A stretch of 64,000 nucleotides of DNA from Caecitellus pseudoparvulus (Eukaryota > Protista > Bigyra: Bicosoecida), in NCBI GenBank assembly GCA_965644315.1, contig CBFFRQ010000088.1, positions 124,001 through 188,000 on the forward strand, read 5' to 3'. The position numbers and the translations under genes are program-made. Of the stretch, positions 10,649 to 21,027 are shown piece by piece. Under the pieces are notes generated by a model. The model was not told the DNA's origin, made no database searches, and saw only the letters and a program-made list of their open reading frames with translations. The first letter of the stretch is position 1. The number at the start of each line of letters is the position of its first letter.

Positions 10649-11668
10649 CTACAGCTGCTTCAAGAAGCGCAAGTTGCGCTTAGCGCTGGCCGCCATCTCC
10701 ATGCCGACGATGCTGCGGCAGGCCAGCGGGGGCACATCGCCGTGGCCTGGGTTCAAGGACGCATCAACGTCCTCTGAGTACACTTCCTGTGACTCGTTGA
10801 AGAAGGGGGCGTGCTCCTGTCGCCCCGTCACGCGGATGTCCAGACCTGGTAGCGCGTCGCAGGTGACCTGGCCCTGTGCGGCCTCGGGCACGCCCGCCTT
10901 GAGGCCGTACTGGCAGGTGCAGGCAAGGGGGGAGTGAGGCTCTTGCTTTCCCCAGGCATGGGCTGCCTCCAGCGTCGCTTGTGGGGCGTCGCTCCGCAGC
11001 ACGATGGCCGAGAAAGGCATGGCTTCCTGCGCAGGCAGGATGCGCAGGGCAGTAGCGCCCTGCGCCTGGCTCCTCCACACGCTCAATGCAGAGGGGAGTC
11101 TAGTGTAGCCTGCAGCGCCCAGGCCGTCCTCAGCGTCAGCCTGTGCATGCGGCGGCAGGCCTAGGACCACTTCGTGCACAGCAGGTTGCGCTGCGGCGTT
11201 GGAATGGGCCTCTCCACTCTGTGGCACGGAGGGGGTGCACGGGGCTTGGCTTGGGATTTCATGGACACAAGGCAGCAGTCCCACGCCCGTGGATGCGCTA
11301 ATGCGGGACCAGAGGCTGTTCATGAAGCCCATCAGCCCAGGCTGCGTGTTGCGGAAGTTGGGCAGAAGTGGCACCGCCACGCCTGGCAAGTCTTCCTGCG
11401 GCCCTGGTGTGCCGAGGTTCACAGAGAGTACTTGCAGGCCTCGGTTGACGTTCCTGTTCAGGCGGTAGCGGTGTGCGCTGGGCAGGCTCAGCAGCTCCAC
11501 GACCAAGCCGTTGCTCGACGCGAGGCCTGACGTGACAGCTACGTCACCCGGCAGAGTGTGCTGGTCCCACACTCGCGCCAGGCCCAAAGCCGACAGCAAG
11601 CCTGCGGCTTGGTTTTGAACCACCCTATCTGCACACAGGTATGTGACAGAGCGCAGTTGCAGGGCCAT
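10649..11668 (-). CDS. Hypothetical protein, 339 aa (possibly VOC/glyoxalase-like fold)
   Basis: Open frame from ATG 11668 (ACCATGG context) with globular-looking composition; fills the gap between neighbours. The fold guess is weak. Confidence 0.6.
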   Translation of the reverse strand: MALQLRSVTYLCADRVVQNQAAGLLSALGLARVWDQHTLPGDVAVTSGLASSNGLVVELLSLPSAHRYRLNRNVNRGLQVLSVNLGTPGPQEDLPGVAVPLLPNFRNTQPGLMGFMNSLWSRISASTGVGLLPCVHEIPSQAPCTPSVPQSGEAHSNAAAQPAVHEVVLGLPPHAQADAEDGLGAAGYTRLPSALSVWRSQAQGATALRILPAQEAMPFSAIVLRSDAPQATLEAAHAWGKQEPHSPLACTCQYGLKAGVPEAAQGQVTCDALPGLDIRVTGRQEHAPFFNESQEVYSEDVDASLNPGHGDVPPLACRSIVGMEMAASAKRNLRFLKQL

Positions 11669-11817
11669 GGTGGAGTCTGTTGCCCGGCACCGCAGATGCC
11701 TTGAAGTGGCGTGCTGATGGGCCGCTGACTGCTGCAACGCCAGACACCGACGTGGCCACGGCAGCTGCAGCGGGGCAGGTTGTGGGCCTTCGCAGTGCCC
11801 ACACGGTGTGGGTGCGT

Positions 11818-13681
11818 CTACACTTTGCCCTGCTCCACAGACTGCTTGGGCGGGCTGCGCTTGGATGTGCCGGCAGCGGCATCGTCTCCATCGCCCCTGG
11901 CGACTTCCGGCGCACTCGGCGTGAAGATCAGGCTGGCCACGCCCGTGACGGCCCCTGCCACGGCCCCGCCAGCGTCTCGCATGCGCCGCGCTGCATGTGC
12001 CCTGAAGGCGGACAGGGAGAAGCCCTTCTCGAACTCCTCCACGCTCCACCCCAGCGCGTGCAGTGCTGCTTCGTGCTCCTCGGGCTCAATGCCGTGGCGC
12101 TGGGCGTACGCGATGGCCTCAGCCTTGCGAGCCTGGTTCACAGAGCCAGATGCATCCAGGCAAGCCGCCAGGCGCTGCCTGTACCGGTGCAGGCGCCCAA
12201 TGCCGCCATGCGTCCAAGCCAGGCGCTGGGCCGTCTCCGCTGCAGCCAGGGACAGGAGGGGTGTGCGCAGCGTGTTGTCCAGGTCCAGCTCCCGGCGCAC
12301 TGCGGCGAGGGGCAGGATCATGACGCGCCCTGAGGCGCTGGACAGGCGCACCGTGCACGGCGAGGGGCGCCCCTCCACCACCCGCAGCGTCGGCGCAATG
12401 GGGGCCGCTTTGCGGGCCAGAGCGCCCTTGATGGAGGCTGCCTTGCTGCCCTCAGCGCCTCCGCCCTCGCTGCCGGCAGCCACGAACTTGGTGCGGTGTG
12501 CAGTGGCCCCCTCCTCCGCCGGCGCCGCCAAGGGGTCAGCCTGCTCTGATGTGCCATTTGAGCGGCCAGTCGCAGCGGCCAAGGCTTGGGAGGCCTGTGC
12601 GGCGGCTGCGCGGGCGGCAGCGGTGGCGGCAGCCTCTGCCCGGGGCCCACTGGCGGGCTTGGTGCCGTGGTCCACTGTGGCACTGGTGGGGGGCAGCAGC
12701 ACAGCGAGGGAGGTGGAGAAGGAGTGTGGCGGCAGCATGGCCACCTGGCGCCCCGCCACCTCCAGGTCCGCCGAGCCTTGCACCAGGAAGACGATGCTGC
12801 GCACGGGGGCGCCTTCGCTGGCCAGCTGCTCTCCCTCGTACACGCTGCGGAAGGTGATGTGCTTCAGCAGGCGGCTGAACTGCCGGGGTGTAAACCCGTG
12901 CGGTGCGAAGCTGCTCTCGAAGACGTCCAGTGCCTCGTCTGTGAAGGCCACTTGCTTCCGCTCGTTCACCAGCTTCAGCAGGTTGAACAGGTTGAAGCTG
13001 GCGAAGAGCATGGTCCAGAAGATGGGCGCCTTGCTGGGCAGGTCCTTGTGCAGCAGCAGCATCACAACGTTGGCCATGCTGCCGCAGAGGAAGAAGTACC
13101 GCATGTCCAGCACGTCTGACTGGGAGTACGCCAGGAAGGTGGCACCGGGAATGAAAATGTTGGCGAGGAAGACGTCCCGGAACAGCTCACGGTAGTCCAG
13201 GTGCCTGCGCCGGGGGTGTGCGAGCAGAGCCTGCATCAACTGCTCTGCGGCAGGCCCTGGTGAAGTCGCCTCACCTGATGCTGTACGGCATGCGGTTCCA
13301 CAGCTGCTCCCATGCAGACTTGGGCACAGGCTTTTGCGATGTCTTGGACCCCGCTTGAGGTTGCTCTGCTTCATGAGCGGTGGGGGGGGCGGTGCAGGTC
13401 GCGTTACATGTGCAGCTCGTTTCGCCGACGTTTCACGCACCCTGCTTTGCCTTCACCTTCCCGGAGGACCGCACGCGCCCCCGCGTTTCTGCGGCGCTGT
13501 CCAGCTGCTCGGCCTGCACCTCAGCCCTCCCTTTTGTCCGCACACGACGGACTCGTCTTCCATGCTGCGCCTCCGCGACCGCGCCGCTGGAGATGCCAAA
13601 GGGAGCAGTGCTGAACCGCAGACCGAGGTTCGGCCGGCTCCTGACCAGAGCGTGCCCCCTCACCACTACACGCAGAGACAT
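11818..13681 (-). CDS. Popeye-domain (membrane + cyclic-nucleotide-binding-like) protein, ~572 aa; exons 13681-13441, 13365-13275, 13204-11818
   Basis: Three hydrophobic segments (FLAYSQSDVLDMRYFFLCGS...IFWTMLFASFNLFNL) then ERKQVAFTDEALDVFESSFAPHGFTPRQFSRLL...GEQLASEG...IVFLVQG, the POPDC pattern. Introns of 75 and 70 nt give consistent phases 1 and 2. Confidence 0.8.
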
Positions 13682-13808
13682 GGCGACTGCATGCAAAGCA
13701 AAACATTCGCCAGCCAGTGGGCGCTATATGTGCATTCCTAGGGTCTTCGTGCCGCAGCTGTGAGTGAAGTGCAGGCGCGAGCAAGTTGCTGCGCCATGCA
13801 ACGTGCCA

Positions 13809-16576
13809 TTACAGCCGAGGCAAGGTCAGGCCTCCGCCACCCGCCCCAGGCCGCCGTGCGTGCCCTCCCCCACTCCTGGCTGCACCAGTCACACTGCCAC
13901 CGAGGGACGGCAACCCGCCTCCTGACGTGCTGGCCCCAGAGCTGCCCCCCCCGCCAAACGCGTGGCCTGACCGCTTGCCTGCAGTGGTGGTGGATCCCAG
14001 CGAGGGCAGGCCGCCTGCACTGGCGGTGGACACGCCTGCCCCGCCTGAAATGGAGGGCAGCCCACCGCCCCCTCCTGACGACAAGGCAGGCAGCCCCCCG
14101 CCGCCCGTGACACCGGCCGGCCCCCTGCCGCCGGCACTGACAGCGGGCAGCCCGCCGGTGACGTGGCTGGCGGCGGGCGCCACGGGGGAGGGGCGCATGG
14201 TGGTGGCCCCCGCCGCCCCTGCTCGAATGGTGGGCAGCCCCCCCTCCGACACGCCCCCCCGTCCGGCACTGGCGCGGGAGCCTCGGCTGGAGCTGCGGGA
14301 CACCGTGCCGCCTCGGCCGATGTCCGGCAACTGCCCTGCCGCCAGCCCCACCGCGCCACCGCCGCCTGCCGCTGCGCCTCCATGGGGGGACACGCCCCTG
14401 CCCTCGCCTGCGCCGCCCACAATGGGCAGGCCGGAGGCTGCCGAGGCTGCGGCGCCCTTCTTGGCCGCCCGGATGGAGGCGAGGGGGATGGTCCACGTCT
14501 CTGTGTCCTCGTTCCACACGCTGCGCTCCCACAGCTGCGCCATGTCGCTGCGGCTGAGGACGGCCTCCACCAGCGTCTCGAACAGGCGCGCCTCCCGGTC
14601 GCGCTCCACCAGCTGCGTCACGAGGATGTCCCGGTCTCGCGCCGCCTCACTGCGCAGCTCCTCTTCCCGCCGCCGCAGCTCTGCGTCGTGCTTCTTCACT
14701 AGCGCCGCCAGCATGGCCTCCTGGTCGGCAGCTGCCGAGGACATGCTGGCCATCTCCGCCTGCAGTGCCGCAGCTTCCTCCCGCAGACGCCGCTGCTTGG
14801 CCTTCAACTTGGCTTCCCGCCGCCGGCGCTTGGTGGCCTCGTGCTCCGCTGCACGGGCGGCGGCCTCCTCCACGGCACGCTGCACCTCTGCGTCGTCCTT
14901 GCCGCCCTGCCCCGCCACCTTCTTGTCTAGCATGCCCTGCAGGGAGGCTAGCTTGGCGGCCATGTCCGCCTGGGCTGCTTGGGCCGCTTCGGTCAGTGCG
15001 CGCTGCTCCTCCAGCTCGCCAGCCATGCCAGTCGCACCCAGGTCCGACGGCACGCTGGCAGGCTCTGAAGGTGACGCCGCCCCTGCCCTGCCCTCACCCC
15101 CCTCGGCAGGGCTGGAGCCAGAGGGGGGGGCGGCAGGCAGACGCTGGGCGGTGGGTGCCCCACCCTCAGCTGGAGCAGGTGCCGGCGCTGGTGCTGCTGC
15201 CTCCGGAGCCGTGGAGGGGGCACCCCCCCCCCCTGCACCAGCCTTGCCCCCTGATGCCGCTTCCAGTGCCGCCAGGACGGCTGCTGGGTCGCCTGAGGCG
15301 GTGGCGGCCGCGAGGGCAGCTTTGAGCTTCTCGATCTCCTCCTTGTACTCCCGCAGTAGGGCGTCCTTGGGGTCCTCGTTGATGATGGGCTTGTTCTTGA
15401 TCTGCTTGGCACGGTCGGCGTACCGCAGCGTGCTGAGCGTCTCGTCGTAGTTGTAGTCGGCGGGTGAGATGGCTGCCATCATGACGGTCTTGGTGTTGCC
15501 GCCCAGGCTGTCCTGCAGCAGGCGTGTGAGCTTGGAGTCGCGGTAGGGGATGTGCTTGGTCTTGGAGTCCACGAGGGCGGAGATGACGTTGCCCAGGGCG
15601 GTGAGGGACATGTTGATCTTGATGCCTTCCTTCATGCGGGCCCCCTGGGCGCCGGTCTTGGCAGGGCGCTCCGACCCTGCCAGGTCCACCAGGTTCAACT
15701 TGCCGCGTGTGACGTGGTCCTTGCCCCCCTCCGTCTCCGCCGGCTCCGACGCCTCGATGACGATTTGAAAGAGTGAGTGGGAGCGGGAGGAGGTGGCGTT
15801 CATGGCGGTGGCGCCGACGGTGCGGTGGGCCTCCCCGCGCAGCATGGCCGCCTCCAGCGCCTCCACTGTGTCCGTCACCTCCTCTGTCAGCCCGTCCACG
15901 TACACGCCCTTGTCGGGGTGCTGCTTCAGCGGCAGCTTCTTCTTGGGGTCGGCCCCCAGCAAGTCCCGGATTTCCTCGTTGTACAGCTCGATGTAGCTGC
16001 ACCGCACGAGGAACTCCTTGCCCTGCGCGATCTTGATGCTCTCGAAAATGTGGTCGAAGGAGTTGGGCGTGATGCCCCGCATCTCCGGCGGGTCTCGCAG
16101 GCCGCTCATCGTGAACGTCTTGCCGCAGCCTGGCACCAGGGGGCATGACGGCGTGCAGCGGTGCAGGCGCCCATGCACACGCTATCGCGCACGCACCTGT
16201 CTGGCCATACGCAAAGATTGTGCCATTGAAGCCCTGCAGCACGCTCTCCACCAGGGAGTAGCCTGGGGACGGCGCAAGGTGGACGAGAGGGTGGCCCAAC
16301 AAAAACGCCCGTCGCAGAGACGCCGCCTCGTGCCCCGCTTGCTCCTGCAGGCGGCGGGCCCCACGCACCAAGCTCATCGTACACCGCCTTTTGCTTGGAT
16401 TCCGTGCCAAAGGTTGCGTCAAACGTGAACTGCTTCGTGGACTCGGGGTCCCCCGGCTGCGCAATCTTTAACGAGCCCTCCTCCTCAAAGACGGTGATGA
16501 TGTTGTCGCAGCCACGCTCCTTTTCTTTGGAGTTCATGGGGCGGCATCGCACCACAACCTTCACTGCCTCGGCCAT
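13809..16576 (-). CDS. Kinesin-2 family motor (KIF3/KIF17/FLA10-like), ~864 aa; exons 16576-16369, 16262-16197, 16129-13809
   Basis: [28 protein letters not shown]-loop across an intron, [34 protein letters not shown], neck [19 protein letters not shown] typical of kinesin-2. Confidence 0.93.
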
Positions 16577-16918
16577 CCTTCCCGTGTCTCACTGGCCGTG
16601 CTCTTGCGCTGCAGTGCTCGGGCAGGACTGGCGAGGGGACAAGAAACGCCGGTGAAACTGCAGCCGCAGCCTGGCTCCCCACTGGCTTTCAGATTCGGGC
16701 ATTCACAGGGGTGCCGAAAGCAGGCAAAGAAAGCGGACTGCAGCTGGTTGCTGCCAAGTCTGTGAATTGTCCAGTGTCCCGGTATTGACACGCTTGCGGC
16801 GACGGCGTCGCGTGGCGTAAGGTGTCGCCTCCAGCTCTGCAGGTGCCCGGGAGCTGCACAGCGACAGCAGGCAGACCTCAGGCAAGGCTTGACGTGCTTC
16901 AGAGCACCAACTGCTGCT

Positions 16919-18107
16919 TCAAGCGTTGTGGATCTGGCGAGCCGCCCGGCGTCTCGAGCTGCGGCGAAGCGCGGGAGAGGGGGCTGGGGCAGCCTTGGCC
17001 TGTCGGGTCGCTGGCTTGCCCCTCCCCCTGCCGCGCTTGGAGGGCGGCGCGGCAGTGGCTTTCTTTGCCAGGGCAGCACCGGGGGCTTTCGGCGAGGCAG
17101 GGTGTCCGTGCACGTCGATGATGCACTCGGGCTTGTCGCCTGCGATGGCCTCGTCGGCCAAGTCTGGGTCCAGCTCCTGCAGCGACGCAGTGGAGGACAC
17201 GGGCAGACCATCCAGCGACAGGCGGAAGGTCTGTGGCATGGTGCCTGGCGGCAGGCGCCCTGCCTGGGTCATGGACCGCACCACTTCGCTGAAGGCCGCC
17301 GCCAGCGGTACGAGGGCGTTGATGGGGGTCGTGGTGGGCGGGAACTTGGAGGAGTCCCCGGTCACGTGCCGCAGGGTCACCAGCACAGTGTTGGGCGAGG
17401 AGAGATTCAGGCCCCTCCCGCGAGGTGCTGAGGCAGCCCCTGCAGGGGCACTCTGGGCTGGCGGTGTGAGCGGGGGTGAGGGCGTTGCACTCGCTGCCGT
17501 CCCTGCAGGCAGTGTGGGGGGCTTCACCGTCGGCGTGCGGGCAGATGCGTGGGCGCCGATGAGAGAAAAGCGCTCGCGCATGGCCTTGAGCGTCTCCGTG
17601 TTCCTGGACAGCAGCTCTTCCTCGCTGACGGCGCGGCGGACAGGGGCCGGCGTGTCAATGTCAGATTCAGCGGTCAGGTTCAGTTGACCTGTCTCTGCTG
17701 AGGTGCGAGAGCACGGGCAGTCTGTGCGGGATGATAGTGCAGCTGGCACGAACGGCGACGCACCCTCTGGACACGAAGCAGGCGTGCCAACGCCACTGGA
17801 GTCGCTGCGCCGGCGCTTCAATCCTCGCTGTGCGAGCTGCAGCGCAAGGCTGTTCACTGTGACGTCCACGACTTCGTCTGAGTCTGACGAGTCTGATGAC
17901 TCTGCTGCCTGGCCTGCACTGCCATGGCTGGCCCTGCGTTGGTGCTTCATGAGGGTCCTCAGCGCTGCGCAGTTTCAGCAACGTTTCGGGTGCGCAGGCA
18001 GCTGGTGCCTGCCGCGACGCAGAGCGGCTCACCGCACCATCAGCCATGAGTCCTGACATGCACTGCTCCTCTGAGTCCTCTCGAAGGTATTCCGGTGTCG
18101 GGTCCAT
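16919..18107 (-). CDS. Protein with C-terminal SUMO/ubiquitin-like domain (Rad60/NIP45-like), ~371 aa; exons 18107-18038, 17964-16919
   Basis: Disordered acidic N-terminus with SIM-like DSDEVVDVT and NLS-like LKRRR; C-terminal VLVTLR...FRLSLDGLPVSSTASLQELD...CIIDVH resembles a SUMO-like domain. A 73-nt GTGCGG...CAG intron restores frame. Confidence 0.55.
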
Positions 18108-18248
18108 GTTTCTGGGACTTGGAGAGGAAGCAGGCAGGTCAGCTGGCGCAGCGACGTGCGCTGGACAGGCACGAGGCGCAGGAAACCGCGCGGCCTGGGG
18201 GCCATGGAACAGCCAGCGTGCATTGTCGAGGAGGTGGGTTGTGTGCTC

Positions 18249-20870
18249 TCACTGGAAGTTTGCGCGCAAGTCCTTCAGCATGGCGATGGCGTCGGCCAGG
18301 GGGGTCATGGCCACGCGGCCCTTGTCGCCCTTCTTGGTGCCTCGGGCGCGGATGTTCACGCCGCGCTCGGCAGCCTCGGCGGTGCCCACGGTGAAGGAGA
18401 AGTTGTACCCTGCCTTGGCGGCCTTCAGCACCTTCTTGTTGTACGTGTCGGAGGACAGGTCCACCTCCGCCTCGAAGCCCTCCTTGAACAGGGCGTCCTT
18501 CACCTCATAGGCGTAGTCCACGAGGGACTCGTCGCCCAGCGTGATGGGCACCACCATGACCTGGCGAGGGGACAGCCACAGCGGCCACTTGCCGCCGTAG
18601 TGCTCCGTCAGCACGGCAGAAATGCGCTCCAGAGACCCCAGCACGGCACGGTGGATGATGACGGGCCTGGCGTAGCCTGGGGGCACACCCTCAGCCATGG
18701 CAGCCGCCGCCGCCGCCGCCTCGTCCCCAGCAGCAGCAACACCCGAGCCAGAGGCGGCCTCGGCCGCGTCGCCCTTGCGAGGGGGCGCGCTGTACTTGAG
18801 GTCGAAGCGGATGGGGAGCTGGAAGTCCAGCTGGATGGTGGCGCACTGGTGCCCGCGGCCCAGGGCGTCGAAGACCTTGATGTCGATCTTGGGGCCGTAG
18901 AAGGCGCCGTCGCCGACGTTCAGCTTCCAGGGCTTGCCGAAGGAGTCCAGGGCCGTGCGCAGGGCCAGCTCCGCCTGATCCCACAGCACGCGCTCGCCGA
19001 GGGCCTTCTTGGGGCGCGTGGACAGGTTCAGCTCGAAGTCCATGCCGAAGATGCCGTAGATGGTGTTGACGAAGTCCAGGCACCCCTCCACCTCCTTCTC
19101 GATGTGGTCCACGGCGCAGAAGATGTGCGCGTCGTCCTGGCAGAAGCGCCGGACGCGGGTGAGGCCGGTGAGGGCGCCGCTGAACTCGTTGCGGTGCAGG
19201 ACGCCAAAGTCAGCCAGGCGCAGGGGCAGCTCGCGGTAGGAGCGGTGGCGGTGCCCGAACATGACACAGTGGCCGGGGCAGTTCATGGGTTTCATGCCGA
19301 AGTCCTGCCCCTCCACCTTGAACGTGAACATGTTCTCCAAGTAGTGCTTGGCGTGCCCCGAGGTGTGCCACAGGTCCAAGTTGAAGACGTTGGGCGTGAT
19401 GACCTCCCGGAAGCCCCGTGCCCGGTACTGCTCCCGGATGACCTCCGTCAGCACGTTGTAGATGCGCGTGCCCTGGGGCGTCCAGAAGGCGGACCCGGGC
19501 GACAGCTGGTCGAAGAAGAAGAGCTCCTGCTCCGTGCCGATGTGCCGGTGGTCGCACAGCTTGGCGGCTTCCAGGTTGGCCAGGTGCTTCTTCAGCCCCT
19601 TGGCGTCGGGGAAGGACACTGCGTACAGGCGCTGCAGGGCGTCGTTGGCGGTGTTGCCCAGCCAGTTCGTGCCGGACGAGCGCAGCACCTTGAAGGCCTT
19701 GATGAGGTTGGTGTTGGGGATGTGTGGGCCGGTGCACAGGTCCACCAGGGTGCCGCAGCGGTACGCCGTCGTAAGCTTGTCGTCGGGGATCTTGTGCGTG
19801 ATGAGCTGCACCTTGAACGGGTTGTCTGCGAACAGCTCAAGCGCCTGCGCCTTGGTCAGCACCACGCGCTCGTACACCTGCCCCTCCTTGCACACCGCCA
19901 GGGCGGCAGTCTCCACGGCCTTCGTGTCTTCCTCTCGCAGGGCAGTGCTGCCCATGTATGCGTCGTAGTAGAAGCCCTCTGAAGTGGGGGGGCCCACCGT
20001 CAGCTTGCTGCCGAAGACGCGCTCCAGCGTCTCGCCCAGCACGTGCGCAGAGGAATGCCAGAAGGTCTCGCGCCCCTCCTCCGAGTCGAAGGTGAGGATC
20101 GCCAGGGTGCAGTCGCCCTCCAGTGGCCGGGTCATGTCCCACAGCTCGCCAGCGGCGCCTGCCGCGTGCAGCACGTCATGCAGGTGGTGGCACACGTCCA
20201 CCTCCTCCTCCTCCTCTTCCTCAGGGTGCACGAACTTGTCTTCATCACTGGCGATGCGCCTGGAGTACTCCACCTGCGGCAGTGGAGAGGGTTCGGGGTG
20301 CTGGCATGCCTCGCAGCAGCGCAGAACGCCAGCGGGGCGCACGTGCCACGCACCTTCGCGACAATGGCCTTCTTTGCGAGGCTCTTGGAGATGCCCAGCG
20401 CAATGTCCATGGGGGACGTCTCCCAAGATGTGCCCTCCTTCACACTGCCGTCGGGCAGGGTGATCTTGATGGCCTCATGCGGCTTGGCTGCAGGGGCAGG
20501 TGGCGGGTGTGGAAATTCCGCACTGAATCGCCGCGACGTGGGCAGGGGACGCGTCTGCGGCCCACACACCTGCGATGCGGGCCTTCTCGTCCTCCACAAT
20601 CTGATCAAAGAGCGCCTTGCGGTCCTGGAGGAACTGGGGGTTCTTCGTCGGCGTGAACTCGCCGCCAATCAGCCCCGTCTCCTCGATGCGCCCGGAGGTG
20701 GTCTCCTTGGTGCGAGTCTTCTCACGGCCGGCCCCGACGCCAGCCGCTGCTGCCGCCGTGGCGTGCACGTGCGTGATGCGTGACTTCAACTCCAGCACCT
20801 TGGTGCCTGCTTCAGTCTCCAGCACCTTGAAGGCAGCCCCTAGGGGCTCCGTGGGCATGACAGCTGACAT
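18249..20870 (-). CDS. TARS1: Threonyl-tRNA synthetase, cytosolic type, ~819 aa; exons 20870-20570, 20487-20354, 20273-18249
   Basis: TGS domain (IKITLPDG), FWHSSAH and DLCTGPH editing motifs, [61 protein letters not shown]. Confidence 0.97.
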
Positions 20871-21027
20871 GGCTGGCGGGCGGTAGAGTGGCCGCTGGTG
20901 CGCGCTCGCCGAGCCTGCGTCGACGGGGTGCTCCCAAGGCAGGGAAGGGGCGGCAGCCTGTCTTCATGGACAGGGCCTGGACGGTGAGAAGCTAGGTGCA
21001 TTGAAAGTGCCGCGAGGCGTGCTCTGC

